Assembly (NCBI GenBank): GCA_963702895.1
Contig: OY969767.1
Coordinates: 1,344,001 to 1,408,000 of the forward strand
DNA: 64,000 nucleotides
Reading direction: 5' to 3'
Source of the DNA: an uncultured Elusimicrobia bacterium
GTDB taxonomy: Bacteria > Elusimicrobiota > Elusimicrobia > 2-01-FULL-59-12
Positions 21,481 through 31,282 of this stretch are shown piece by piece. Position 1 is the stretch's first letter. Each line of letters begins with the position of its first letter. The notes below the pieces were generated by a model that was given only the letters and a program-made list of their open reading frames with translations, searched no databases and was not told the DNA's origin. The translations under genes and the position numbers were made by a program.

Positions 21481-21995
21481 GACTTCTCCTTTTCTTGGCA
21501 GAAGTAAATGGCGCCAATGAGCGCCGCCAGGAGCACCAGCGACACCACTTCAAAAGGGACGAGCATCTCTCCGAGCAGAAGCTTCCCGATGAGGGCGGTC
21601 GTCGGCAAAGGACTGCTGGTCTGAACAACATCCCGGTAAGCGGCCCGGAACGGCAGGAGGAGACCGCCCGCGACGACGGCGGCGAAGAGTAGCGCCAGAG
21701 GCCACTGTTCATTGGCTTGGCGCTCCAGCTCCGCCACGGGACGCTGCGAGAGCATGATCACGAAGAGCATGATAATCATAATTCCGCCGACGTAGATCAG
21801 GAGTTGACTGGCTGCTACAAAATCAGCTCCCAGAAGAGCATAAAGACCGGCGACAACGCTCAGCGCGCCGGTGAGCGCGATCGCGCTGTGAAAGACAGAC
21901 TTGGACGTCACCACGACCACCGAAAGACCGATGAGGGCCAAGGCCATCAGCGCGAAAACGAGCATCTGTAACCGATCAGGGGTTAAGAACGCCAT
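21477..21995 (-). CDS. nuoJ: NADH-quinone oxidoreductase subunit J
   Basis: QLLIYVGGIMIIMLFVIML, PFEVVSLVLL; start at ATG 21995. Confidence 0.94.
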   Translation of the reverse strand: MAFLTPDRLQMLVFALMALALIGLSVVVVTSKSVFHSAIALTGALSVVAGLYALLGADFVAASQLLIYVGGIMIIMLFVIMLSQRPVAELERQANEQWPLALLFAAVVAGGLLLPFRAAYRDVVQTSSPLPTTALIGKLLLGEMLVPFEVVSLVLLAALIGAIYFCQEKEKS

Positions 21996-23059
21996 AAAAT
22001 CATGACACCCGCCAGAGCAATGTTCGCGATCGACCAGGGCAGGAGAAACTGCCAGCAAAACTGCATGAGACGGTCCACCCGCAGCCGAGGGAAAGTCCAG
22101 CGAAACCAGAGAAAAAGAAAGACAACGCCAAAGGTCTTGGCCAGAAAGTACAGCCAGGAAGGAATCAGCCCCCCCGCCCCAAAGCCGTCCCCCCCGCCCA
22201 GGAAAAGCGCGGTTGCCATCGCGGCCGAAAGAAACACATAGGCGTATTCCGCGAGGAAAAAGAGCGCAAACTTAAGTCCCGAGAATTCCGTGTGAAACCC
22301 GGACACGAGTTCCGATTCCGCTTCCGGGATATCAAAGGGAGTCCTGTTGGTCTCGGCGACAGAAGCGATCAAGAAAATAAGGAACGCCAGCTGGCCCACC
22401 ACAGGATAAAAGATAAACCACTTTGGGAGCACCCCCATCCACCTTCCCCCCTGGGCCATCGCAATGCTCGAGAGGCTCTGGGTGCCGTAGTACATCAGCA
22501 CGGGCACCACCGACAAGATGCGCGGGATTTCGTAGGAGACGAGCTGTGCCGCCCCGCGCAGCCCCCCCAGCATGGAAAACTTGTTACCCGAACCCCATCC
22601 GGCCATCAGGATCCCGATGGAGGAGATGCCCGAGACGGCAAAGATAAACAGGACCCCAATATCAAGATCAATGGGGATGAGGCCCTGTCCAAAAGGAACA
22701 GGCGCAAAACAGACAAAAACCGGAGCGCACACCACGATCGGCGCCAGGATATGCACAAGACGGTCCGCGCCAACGGGGATAATATCTTCCTTAAAGAAGA
22801 GCTTAATGCCGTCCGCCAAGGTTTGGAGGATGCCGTAGGGACCGACTTCCATGGGACCGAGCCGGGCCTGCATTAAGGCTGAGATTTTGCGTTCCGCATA
22901 AACAAGAACCATGGGCACGAGCGATACCCCGAGCACCACCACTCCGGTTTGAATCGATTTGGCCAAGATCCACGCGCCCAGTGGGGGCACGCCCTGCGCC
23001 ACCACCTGAGCCTGGAGCTCGGCGAAGAGGTTGGACAAGACCGGCCCAAGCTCCAGCAT
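21983..23059 (-). CDS. nuoH: NADH-quinone oxidoreductase subunit H
   Basis: ERKI..QARLGP, ADGIKLFFKE, AETNRTPFDIPEAESELVSG; start at ATG 23059. Confidence 0.97.
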   Translation of the reverse strand: MLELGPVLSNLFAELQAQVVAQGVPPLGAWILAKSIQTGVVVLGVSLVPMVLVYAERKISALMQARLGPMEVGPYGILQTLADGIKLFFKEDIIPVGADRLVHILAPIVVCAPVFVCFAPVPFGQGLIPIDLDIGVLFIFAVSGISSIGILMAGWGSGNKFSMLGGLRGAAQLVSYEIPRILSVVPVLMYYGTQSLSSIAMAQGGRWMGVLPKWFIFYPVVGQLAFLIFLIASVAETNRTPFDIPEAESELVSGFHTEFSGLKFALFFLAEYAYVFLSAAMATALFLGGGDGFGAGGLIPSWLYFLAKTFGVVFLFLWFRWTFPRLRVDRLMQFCWQFLLPWSIANIALAGVMILWRS

Positions 23060-24210
23060 CAGCGGTCGACCTCCCCTAAGACAATATCCACGCTCCCTAA
23101 AATCGCGATCACGTCGGAGACTTTCCAGCCTTTCAGGAGGACCTGAAGGACTTGTAAATTCACGAAGGATGGGGCGCGAATGTGCATCCGGTAAGGGCAC
23201 AGCGTGCCGTCACTGACGATATAAAATCCCAAGTCCCCCCGTGGGGCCTCGAGGTGCCCATAACCTTCCCCCGGCGGAACACGGAAGGTTTTCGCGATTT
23301 TCCCCATGGTTTCCCCAGGCTTCATTTGGTCTAACGCCTGTTCAATAATCTTGAGACTTTCTCGCATTTCCTGAATGCGCACCTGATAACGGTCCCAACA
23401 ATCTCCCTCGTTCCCGACCGGAATGTCAAACTGGATCTTGGGATAGAGGCTGTAAGGGTCATCTTTTCGCACATCCGCTTTCATCCCGGACGCACGAAGG
23501 TTGGGGCCCGTGATGCCCCAGGCGATGGCCATTTCCTTGGACATTTTGCCGATGCCTCGGGTACGGTCGATGAAAATGGGATTGAAGGTGAGAAGCGTGT
23601 CATATTCCTTGATGCGCTCCGCCATTTCCTTAATAAAGCGTCGCACCTTCTCTTCCCAGCCCGCGGGAGCATCCGCCATGACACCACCGATGCGAATATA
23701 GTTATACGTCAGCCGAGCGCCGCAGATTTCTTCGAAAAGATCCAGGATCCGCTCGCGGTCACGACCAAAGGCGATCAGAAACGGTGTGAAGGCTCCTATA
23801 TCGATGGCGTAAGTGCCCAGGAAGACGCAATGGGAGGCCATGCGCTGGAGTTCCCCCACAATGATGCGCAGGTAATCGGCGCGTTCCGGGATCGCCACAC
23901 CCATCATCTTTTCGACCGCAAGGCAATAGGCCCAGTTGTTGGTCATGGCCGCCAGGTAATCCAGCCGGTCTGTCAAAACGATGATTTGGGGATAGGTGCG
24001 TTTTTCCGCGAGCTTTTCCGTGGCACGGTGCAAATAGCCCAGGTCCGGCTGGGCACTCGTGACCCGTTCCCCGTCGACCGTGATCGCGACCCGCAGCACG
24101 CCATGGGTCGAGGGGTGTTGTGGCCCCAGGCTGATGAACATGCCGCTTTCCGGCGCTTGCCGCGGAAAAACCTCAGGGGCTATGGAGGGAAGAGTGGGTT
24201 CGTTGGCCAT
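23059..24210 (-). CDS. nuoD: NADH-quinone oxidoreductase subunit D
   Basis: GPQHPSTHGVLR, GYLHR, DIVLGEVDR; no NiFe-binding CxxC motifs, so not a hydrogenase large subunit. Confidence 0.97.
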   Translation of the reverse strand: MANEPTLPSIAPEVFPRQAPESGMFISLGPQHPSTHGVLRVAITVDGERVTSAQPDLGYLHRATEKLAEKRTYPQIIVLTDRLDYLAAMTNNWAYCLAVEKMMGVAIPERADYLRIIVGELQRMASHCVFLGTYAIDIGAFTPFLIAFGRDRERILDLFEEICGARLTYNYIRIGGVMADAPAGWEEKVRRFIKEMAERIKEYDTLLTFNPIFIDRTRGIGKMSKEMAIAWGITGPNLRASGMKADVRKDDPYSLYPKIQFDIPVGNEGDCWDRYQVRIQEMRESLKIIEQALDQMKPGETMGKIAKTFRVPPGEGYGHLEAPRGDLGFYIVSDGTLCPYRMHIRAPSFVNLQVLQVLLKGWKVSDVIAILGSVDIVLGEVDR

Positions 24211-24218
24211 ACTCGCCT

Positions 24219-24692
24219 TTAATCGTAACGGTCAGCTTGGGAGACGTAATCTTTACGAAGGGGGTAGCCTTCCCAATCCTCGGGCAAAAGAATGCGGCGC
24301 AAATTATAGTGCCCGGCAAAGCGTATCCCCATGAGGTCGAAGATTTCTCTTTCTTGCCAGTCGGCCGTGGGCCAGATTTTGGCGATGGACGGCACTTCGG
24401 GCTGCGCGCGGTCCTCGACACGCACTTTGATCACGAGCTTATGCTTATGGAGCGTGGAGAGCAGGTAATAGACCACTTCAAAGTGGGTCTTCCAATCAAT
24501 CGAGGTCACAAACGAAAGAAAATCAAAGGACAAGGGCGGATCATAACGGAGGAACTGAGAGACTTCGGAAAGTTGAGAAGCCGGAACATTCAAATAAAGT
24601 TCATCGCCGCGTGCTTGAGCTTCTGGCTTGGGAATGTCTTGGACCGTTGGAAACTTCGCCTGGATCGCGCTCAGGAGCTCGGCGGGGTTCAA
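24219..24692 (-). CDS. nuoC: NADH-quinone oxidoreductase subunit C
   Basis: [32 protein letters not shown]. Confidence 0.96.
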   Translation of the reverse strand: MNPAELLSAIQAKFPTVQDIPKPEAQARGDELYLNVPASQLSEVSQFLRYDPPLSFDFLSFVTSIDWKTHFEVVYYLLSTLHKHKLVIKVRVEDRAQPEVPSIAKIWPTADWQEREIFDLMGIRFAGHYNLRRILLPEDWEGYPLRKDYVSQADRYD

Positions 24693-25219
24693 GCGAGCGT
24701 CTCGGCTTTCTTCTTCGCGGCGCTGAGCATGCTGTAGCGCTGGATCTTCTTCTGCAAGGTGATCACGCCCTGCAGAAGGGCCTCCGGACGCGGCGGGCAG
24801 CCCGGCACGTAGATATCGACGGGAATGATTTTATCGACCCCCTTGCAGACAGAATAGGCGTCGTAATAGGGTCCACCCGAATTGGAGCAGGAACCCATCG
24901 AAATCACATAGCGGGGCTCAGGCATTTGGTGGTAAAGGAGCTCGATACGCGGCGCCATTTTCTTCGTGACGGTGCCCGCGATGATCATGAGGTCGGCCTG
25001 CCGGGGTGTGGGGCGAGGGATCACGCCCAGCCTGTCAAAATCAAATTTGCTCGCGTAAGAGGACATCATCTCGATCGCGCAGCAAGCCAGTCCAAAGGTC
25101 AAAGGCCAGACGCTGGATTTCCTTGCCCAATTGATAAAGAAGTCCGCCGTGGTCATGAGGAGCGAGCCGCCCGGAAGGTGCTCCAGGTAGACGGGACCTT
25201 GATCGAGCAAAATGCCCAT
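24689..25219 (-). CDS. nuoB: NADH-quinone oxidoreductase subunit B
   Basis: [21 protein letters not shown]. Confidence 0.97.
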   Translation of the reverse strand: MGILLDQGPVYLEHLPGGSLLMTTADFFINWARKSSVWPLTFGLACCAIEMMSSYASKFDFDRLGVIPRPTPRQADLMIIAGTVTKKMAPRIELLYHQMPEPRYVISMGSCSNSGGPYYDAYSVCKGVDKIIPVDIYVPGCPPRPEALLQGVITLQKKIQRYSMLSAAKKKAETLA

Positions 25220-25582
25220 TTATTTCTTCCACTGGAGCGCCCCGCGGCGCCACGCGTAGATCAGGCCGAAAAACAGAACTCCTATAAAGAGGAGCATGCT
25301 CACAAAGCCGTTCCACCCGAGTTCGCGGAAGATCACGGCCCAAGGGTAGAGGTAGAGGGATTCGATGTCGAAGACCACAAAGAGCAGCGCGAAAATATAA
25401 AAATTGATGTCCATGGGGACATAAGGCGTCCCCAGGGGTTCCATGCCGCACTCATAGGCGATCTTCTGCCGCTCGTCATGGCTTTTAAAACGGAGCAGAG
25501 GCGACAGAACAAGGAGATTGACCACCGCAAAGCCCGCGCCGAAGAGCACAAAAATCAGGACATGGCCGTACTGCGCTAGCAT
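25220..25582 (-). CDS. nuoA: NADH-quinone oxidoreductase subunit A
   Basis: YECG, FVVFDIE..YPWA, YAWRRGALQW. Confidence 0.96.
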   Translation of the reverse strand: MLAQYGHVLIFVLFGAGFAVVNLLVLSPLLRFKSHDERQKIAYECGMEPLGTPYVPMDINFYIFALLFVVFDIESLYLYPWAVIFRELGWNGFVSMLLFIGVLFFGLIYAWRRGALQWKK

Positions 25583-26274
25583 GGCTTCTTGCCCTCGTAC
25601 AATTGGACCGCACCCAGGGTGAGGGGCCTGTGCCGCACGTCCTGAAAGCCCGCCTCTTGCAGCATGTCACAGACCTCTCCGGGCTCATAAAAATCGCGGA
25701 TGGTGCTGGCGAGATAGTCTTTCGGCCAGCGGTCCTTACAGACCCATTGACCGATGAGCGGCAAGCCAATACGGAGGTGCACGCGGTGACCGAGCTTGGA
25801 AATAGGCGAGCTGGGCCGCCCAAAATCCATGTGCAGAACTTGGCCGCCCTGCCTGAGGACACGGAAGTTTTCACGGAAGACCGCGTGGAGCGATCCCCGG
25901 AGGTTGCGCAGCGCGAAGGCCGAGGTGACGCAACCAAAGGAGCGGTCGGAAAACGGCAGTTTGTCCGCGGAACCATTCATCCAACGGATTTGGCTTTGAC
26001 GGTCTTTGGCTCGAGCTTGCTCCAGCATCCGTTCGGAAAAGTCAAGGCCCACGACCTCGTGTCCCGCCTTCAACGCCCAAAACGCCACATCGCCGGTCCC
26101 GGTCGCAAGATCCAACACCCGGGCGCCTTGGGGGATATGCCTCACCAGCGTTTTTCGCCAATGGTGATCGAGGCCCAAGCTCGCCCACGCGTTAAAACGA
26201 TCGTAATCAGAGGCGATACGATCGAACATGAAACGGAGATGGGGATCGCGGGGTGGCGATACGGCAGATGTCAC
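25576..26274 (-). CDS. menG: Demethylmenaquinone methyltransferase (MenG/UbiE)
   Basis: MFDRIA..YD.FN..SLG, VLDLATGTGD, FALRN; start uncertain (GTG 26274). Confidence 0.9.
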   Translation of the reverse strand: MTSAVSPPRDPHLRFMFDRIASDYDRFNAWASLGLDHHWRKTLVRHIPQGARVLDLATGTGDVAFWALKAGHEVVGLDFSERMLEQARAKDRQSQIRWMNGSADKLPFSDRSFGCVTSAFALRNLRGSLHAVFRENFRVLRQGGQVLHMDFGRPSSPISKLGHRVHLRIGLPLIGQWVCKDRWPKDYLASTIRDFYEPGEVCDMLQEAGFQDVRHRPLTLGAVQLYEGKKPC

Positions 26275-26278
26275 TGAT

Positions 26279-26461
26279 CTACTGAAGGTCTTCAGCCCCG
26301 AGGGTCTTCTTGGTACCATCGGCCTTTACTTTTTCAATGGAGGCCTGGACGAGCTGCCCGATACGGCTGGAAAGAGCCTCGACATAATCACCGCCTGTGC
26401 GGAAACCCGCTTCCTTCACCATCTTCTTCACTTTGCTGACCACCACGAGCGTTTCGGCCAT
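26279..26461 (-). CDS. Bacterial histone-fold protein (Bd0055/HBb-like)
   Basis: 60 aa MAETLVVVSKVKKMVK..RTGGDYVEALS..A..KADGTKKTLGAEDL; LVVxSKVK start and (R/K)KT-x-x-x-x-D end as I recall for Bdellovibrio Bd0055; SD GGAGG. Confidence 0.85.
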   Translation of the reverse strand: MAETLVVVSKVKKMVKEAGFRTGGDYVEALSSRIGQLVQASIEKVKADGTKKTLGAEDLQ

Positions 26462-26520
26462 AACGTTTGCCCTCCAGTTGGGATTAGTACCAGGTAATGT
26501 TAGTGTGAGAAAGAAGGCTC

Positions 26521-26550
26521 AATATAGCCGGAGAACGCCCCTGTTGTCAA
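26521..26550 (-). promoter_or_regulatory. Sigma70-type promoter upstream of the histone gene
   Basis: TTGACA-18 nt-TATATT. Confidence 0.75.
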
Positions 26551-26568
26551 CGGGGATGGAGACAAGGG

Positions 26569-27660
26569 TTAGGGTAGAGCAGGGGAGGGGCGCGAGGCGG
26601 CTAGCTCTTTGATCAGGCGCACATGTTCATCCGTATCCCAAAGCGCGGCCCCCTCATGCTTGACGACCATCCGTCCTTGCGGCGAGATGATGATGGTGGC
26701 AGGGACTCCTGAGATCTGATACGCGGAAGGCCATGTCCCGACGAGGCGGGCAAAGGGAAGGCCAAGCTTTTCCCGCTTCACGTATTTGGCGATCACGGGA
26801 AGTTCTTCATTGGACAAGCATAGGAAGGCAATCCGATCATCGTCTTTGACTCTATCATAGAGACGCTGCAGGCTGGGCATTTCGATTTTACACGGTCCAC
26901 ACCAGGTCGCCCAGAAATTCAGCACGACGACCTTGCCCCTCAGGCTCTGCACGGGTAGTTCACGACCGTCCAGACCTTGCGCTCTCCACCCAAAATCCGC
27001 CGGCGCGTCGAGTCGCGTAATGACAGGAGGCCGTAGAAATCGTCGCATGAACGTGCTGTTGCCAGCCGTGATCAGCAGCCCTGCCACCAACGTGATGAGG
27101 ACGACGCCTGCAACCAGGACGTTCGGTAAAAGAAAGGATCCAATCGCCCTTCTTACGCTGAACCCGCATAGCACCCGTATCATCCAGATCAGAAGGACAG
27201 CTTTCCAGATCTCCATCGACCATATCATCGGCTGGGAGGATTCGGCCAGATGAGTCAGCACGATAAAAGGGGATTCGATCAAGACACAGCCCGTCCAGAA
27301 GGTCTTGAAGGGAACCTTGGCGCCCAGGATCCTGGATCCCGCGTACAGCACCGCTCCAAACAAAGTGATGGCAGCAAGAGAGATGGGAATGACAAGAAAC
27401 GAAAAATATCTCGCCACAGAGAGCGGCGCGTGTGTCCAGTGCCAGAGGAGACGGACACCTCTCGCGTAGGCGTGTTGCTGCGGCGGCGTGAGAAAATCGG
27501 CCAGTGTGAAAAACGATTGTATGATCAAGATGACCAGCAAGACGAGAAAGACTTCAACGGTCGGAGGGTCGTCGCGCAGTCGTTGGAACGCCGAAGCGGG
27601 CCTGACCAAAAGATTCCAGTAGGGCAGCTGGCGAAATGGCTTAGAAGGGCCTGTGAACAT
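26569..27660 (-). CDS. Yip1-like membrane domain fused to TlpA-family thioredoxin
   Basis: N-terminal LLVRPASAF plus about 5 hydrophobic helices; C-terminal GKVVVLNFWATWCGPC..EMP, GVPAT. Confidence 0.8.
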   Translation of the reverse strand: MFTGPSKPFRQLPYWNLLVRPASAFQRLRDDPPTVEVFLVLLVILIIQSFFTLADFLTPPQQHAYARGVRLLWHWTHAPLSVARYFSFLVIPISLAAITLFGAVLYAGSRILGAKVPFKTFWTGCVLIESPFIVLTHLAESSQPMIWSMEIWKAVLLIWMIRVLCGFSVRRAIGSFLLPNVLVAGVVLITLVAGLLITAGNSTFMRRFLRPPVITRLDAPADFGWRAQGLDGRELPVQSLRGKVVVLNFWATWCGPCKIEMPSLQRLYDRVKDDDRIAFLCLSNEELPVIAKYVKREKLGLPFARLVGTWPSAYQISGVPATIIISPQGRMVVKHEGAALWDTDEHVRLIKELAASRPSPALP

Positions 27661-27804
27661 GCTTATCCTCGGCGTTCAATCTTTCAACTTTGATTCACCA
27701 TGATGTCATTATTACAAAAGAGAGACCTTCGTATGTCCGTTTTCCGTCTGCCCTAGGGACTGTCGTCTTATGGGTCGAGGCGGGTTCCCGTGAAGGCCTG
27801 CTGA

Positions 27805-28773
27805 TCATCTTCGCGCCACCAGGCTCTGGCCTCCTTGAATTTCCCCTTCCGAAAACGCTCGGATTTTATCTCGAGACTCGATCAGGAGCGCACCAGAAGC
27901 GTTGACGCCAATGGCAACACCCCTCACCTGACCATCGGTTGTCTGAAGGGTCACCGGCTGGCGGGGCGCGTCATAGTGGGACCAGTATCGCGCCTGGAAG
28001 GGTCCAAAGCCCTCTTTCTGGAAGCGTCGATAGGCCGGACGGAATTCGTCGAGAAAGGCCGCCAAAAGTGCAGCTCTCTTGGACCGCTTGCCCGTAAGCT
28101 CGGCAACCGAGATGGCCCGGCCTCTCAGAGATCTCGGCACAGTGTTATGGACATTAACGCCGATGCCGAGCACGACCCATTCCGTACGATCGATTTGTCC
28201 GGACATGTCCGTGAGGACTCCCGCCAGCTTCTTTCCTTGAACGAGAAGATCATTCGGCCACTTGAGTCGCGCTTGGACGCCGCAGGTTTTCTCGATGGCC
28301 TCCCGGAGGCACAGGCCGGCTAGAAGTGTGAGCGGTGGAATGCGCGGTGCGGGCAAGGAAGGTCGCAGCAACAGCGAGAACCAAAGCCCGCCATAGGGAG
28401 ACTCCCAGACTCTTTCGAGACGGCCTCGCCCCTTGGACTGCATCTCGGCGATCCAAAGATGACCTTCGGGAAGTCCGGAAACTCCCCCTTCTTTGGCGAG
28501 AGTTTGGGTGGAACGGGTGGTGAGGAAGTAATGGGGAATGGTCCAGGACCCTTTCGCGGGCCTCCAGTCCATGAGCGATGGATCCGGCGTCACGGAAAAG
28601 CGATAACCGCGGCGTTCGGCGCTTTCGATGGGAAATCCCATGCCCGCCAAGGCCTGCACCTGCTTCCAAATCGCCACGCGTGAGACCTTGAGGCGCTTCG
28701 CTAAGAGCTCGCCCGACACCACCGATCGGGGCTTTTCACTTAAAGCTCGAAGCAGGCGCTCACGAATCGACAC
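27805..28773 (-). CDS. birA: Biotin--protein ligase/repressor BirA
   Basis: wHTH VSGE.LA..L.VSRVAIWK; QSKGRGR, KWPND, KKLAGVL; start approximate. Confidence 0.95.
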   Translation of the reverse strand: MSIRERLLRALSEKPRSVVSGELLAKRLKVSRVAIWKQVQALAGMGFPIESAERRGYRFSVTPDPSLMDWRPAKGSWTIPHYFLTTRSTQTLAKEGGVSGLPEGHLWIAEMQSKGRGRLERVWESPYGGLWFSLLLRPSLPAPRIPPLTLLAGLCLREAIEKTCGVQARLKWPNDLLVQGKKLAGVLTDMSGQIDRTEWVVLGIGVNVHNTVPRSLRGRAISVAELTGKRSKRAALLAAFLDEFRPAYRRFQKEGFGPFQARYWSHYDAPRQPVTLQTTDGQVRGVAIGVNASGALLIESRDKIRAFSEGEIQGGQSLVARR

Positions 28774-29626
28774 GGGTGATATGCAAACTGCAGTCAAAGG
28801 CCTTGACGGAGTGCGTCAGGCAACCCATCGAGATGCGATCGGCGCCTAAGCGGCCCAACTGGCGGAGGTTTTCAGGACGCACGCCGCCTGTGATCTCGAT
28901 TTCGATGCCGGGCACCTGCTTTCGGAGCAGGCGGATCATCCTCTTCATCACGCGAGGTGACAGATTATCCAGAAGGACCCGATGCGCTTTGATTTGAAGC
29001 GCGTCGTGCAAGTCCCTTTGTGTTTGGATTTCGACTTGGACCAGGGTGTGAGGGTGTCGGCGATGCCAGCGCTTGATCCGGGAGGCCCAGTCCCGACCCG
29101 CGAGGCGCACCACCTCGAGGTGGTTTTCCTTAATCATCATCGCTTCCCCCAGGGACATGCGATGGTTCTTCGCGCCGCCACAGCGGACCGCGTATTTCTG
29201 CAAGGCCCTCCAACCCGGAAGTGTTTTGCGCGTATCAAAAAGAGTGGCGGAAGACCCTTTGAGCAATTCCACCTGGGCATGGGTAAAGGTGGCAATACCC
29301 GACAAGTGCTGCAGCGCGTTGAGCGCCGGGCGCTCCGCGGACAAGACAGACCTCGCCTTCCCCTTCATGACAGCGAGGACCTGGCGAGCTTGGACATGAT
29401 CGCCATCCCGAGCGAGCGGCCTGAAATAAATGGAAGGATCAAACGCCCTAAAAACTTGACGGACCAGCGGCAGTCCAGCGATCACACCGGCGTGATTGGC
29501 GGTGATGGCGGCATGGACGCGCCAGGCGGGGTGGATCAAGAGACGCGTGGTGATGTCCGAACGGGCGGAATCTTCCTGGAGAGCGGAACGAACGAGGGCG
29601 CGAAGGCTATTTGTATTGGGAAACAC
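28760..29626 (-). CDS. nadC: Nicotinate-nucleotide diphosphorylase (carboxylating)
   Basis: ALQED..DIT, AERPALN..HLSGIAT, DTRKTLPG, MIKENH, VLLDN. Confidence 0.95.
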   Translation of the reverse strand: MFPNTNSLRALVRSALQEDSARSDITTRLLIHPAWRVHAAITANHAGVIAGLPLVRQVFRAFDPSIYFRPLARDGDHVQARQVLAVMKGKARSVLSAERPALNALQHLSGIATFTHAQVELLKGSSATLFDTRKTLPGWRALQKYAVRCGGAKNHRMSLGEAMMIKENHLEVVRLAGRDWASRIKRWHRRHPHTLVQVEIQTQRDLHDALQIKAHRVLLDNLSPRVMKRMIRLLRKQVPGIEIEITGGVRPENLRQLGRLGADRISMGCLTHSVKAFDCSLHITRVDS

Positions 29627-29643
29627 CCCAATACAATAACAGA

Positions 29644-29916
29644 TTAGCCCTTCTTCATGAAGACAAACGGCAGGTAAGCGACTTGCTCATTCTCGTACGA
29701 AATCTTGCAGATGTAGTCGCCCGTCTGCACCGTTTGCCCCATCAAGTCATGGCCATCCCAACGAATCGGTGCTTGAAGGCCCTCTTTGTTCTGCTTCCAG
29801 ACGGACCTCCCGGAGCGGTCGAGAATCGACACCTCACAGGCTTGAGGATCGAATTCCAGTCCGGAATTTCCGATCCGACGAAAGGGCTGAGAGGGTCGCT
29901 GTGGCGAGTTGTACAT
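29644..29916 (-). CDS. Small FlgD-Ig/CTD-like beta-sandwich protein
   Basis: VSILDRSGRSV, IRWDGHD..G..V.TG.YI pattern. Confidence 0.55.
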   Translation of the reverse strand: MYNSPQRPSQPFRRIGNSGLEFDPQACEVSILDRSGRSVWKQNKEGLQAPIRWDGHDLMGQTVQTGDYICKISYENEQVAYLPFVFMKKG

Positions 29917-30152
29917 GTCTGGCCTCCGACGTAAATTTAGCCCTGCGTGCGTGGGCATGCAATGACTTTTTAAAGCGCCATTTTCGTATTATATTTTAGA
30001 GGTGTTTTGAGACCACCTTTATGAGTATGTAAATCGGTGTTTCGCATTGTTTTTATTATTAAAGATTAGTATTGCAGAGAAAAAAAACTCCTGATAGACT
30101 GATCGCGATTCAGGTAGTGATGACGCAGAGATTGAGAGAGGAGTTCGCATCC

Positions 30153-30902
30153 ATGAACCCGACGGTCCTGATCGTGGAAGATGACCCTGAAGTCAGAAGC
30201 CTGGTCGAATACACACTGGCCAAGGAAAAATACAAGGTCCATGTCGCGGAGAACGGCAAACAGGCCCTTGAAATTTTAGACACGATGATACCGGATGTCA
30301 TCACCCTCGATCTCATGCTGCCCGATATCCATGGTCTGGAATGCACCAAGAAATTACGCGCTGACCCGCGCTTTCAATCCGTTTCCATCCTGATGCTCAC
30401 CGCACTCGACAGCTTGGATGATATTGTGCGCGGTTTTGAAACAGGCGCTGATGATTATCTCGTTAAACCCTTTCAACTTCCGGAACTTGTGGCCCGAATC
30501 AAGGCGTTGCTCCGCCGACGGCATGTCGGGCGCTCCGAACGCATGGTCGCGATGGCTGGCAGCACGACCGTGGACCTCTCCCATCACCGCGTCATGATCA
30601 ACGGACAGCAGACCGACAACCTCACCTACAAAGAAATGGAATTGCTTTTTATATTGCTCCGGAAAAGCCCCAAAGTGGTGCGCCGTTCCTTCCTTTTGCA
30701 ACGTCTCTGGGGACGCCAGGACAGCCGCGCGCTCGATGTTCATATTCTTCATTTAAGGCAAAAACTGGGACCGAAGGCGGGCGAGCAGATTCTAACGGTT
30801 CCAGGGCAGGGCTATAAATTCGTGCCGATGCTTTTCGCTCAGGAGAACAGCCAGCCGGCCCCCCCGAACTCTCCTTCCTCGACCCAGGCTTCAGCAGCCT
30901 AA
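30153..30902 (+). CDS. OmpR-family response regulator
   Basis: VLIVEDD, LDLMLP, GADDYLVKPF, LTYKE, LDVHI..LRQKL, TVPGQGY; SD GAGGAG. Confidence 0.93.
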   Translation: MNPTVLIVEDDPEVRSLVEYTLAKEKYKVHVAENGKQALEILDTMIPDVITLDLMLPDIHGLECTKKLRADPRFQSVSILMLTALDSLDDIVRGFETGADDYLVKPFQLPELVARIKALLRRRHVGRSERMVAMAGSTTVDLSHHRVMINGQQTDNLTYKEMELLFILLRKSPKVVRRSFLLQRLWGRQDSRALDVHILHLRQKLGPKAGEQILTVPGQGYKFVPMLFAQENSQPAPPNSPSSTQASAA

Positions 30903-30907
30903 AGGGA

Positions 30908-31282
30908 CTACGGTTTCTTTTTGGCGAGCAGAGCGTTAATCTCTTCCACCAGGTAGGTTAAATCACAGGGCTTGGTCACAAAGAGGTCCGCCCCGAGTTC
31001 CGCCCCTTTGCGTTTGTCCGAGGTTTGCGCGTAAGCCGTGAGGATAACGATCGGGATGTCCCGGGTGTTCTCACTGCCCTTCAAGCGCCGGCAGACTTCC
31101 CAGCCATCGAGCTTCGGCATGCCAATATCGAGCACAATCAAATCAGGACGATCCTTTTCGATCTGCTCGAGCGCTTCAAGGCCATTGTAGGCCGTGGTCA
31201 CTTGGAAGCCGCTGAATTCCAGGCTGTCCTTCAGGATCATGACAATGTGCTCTTCGTCGTCTACAACGAGGATCTTGGCCAT
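30908..31282 (-). CDS. Single-domain response regulator
   Basis: ILVVDD, LDIGMP, ILTA, TKP. Confidence 0.93.
   Translation of the reverse strand: MAKILVVDDEEHIVMILKDSLEFSGFQVTTAYNGLEALEQIEKDRPDLIVLDIGMPKLDGWEVCRRLKGSENTRDIPIVILTAYAQTSDKRKGAELGADLFVTKPCDLTYLVEEINALLAKKKP

Noticed and set aside
23059..25219. Group 4 NiFe hydrogenase
   Set aside because: The large subunit lacks the Ni-binding CxxC motifs and has NuoD quinone-site motifs
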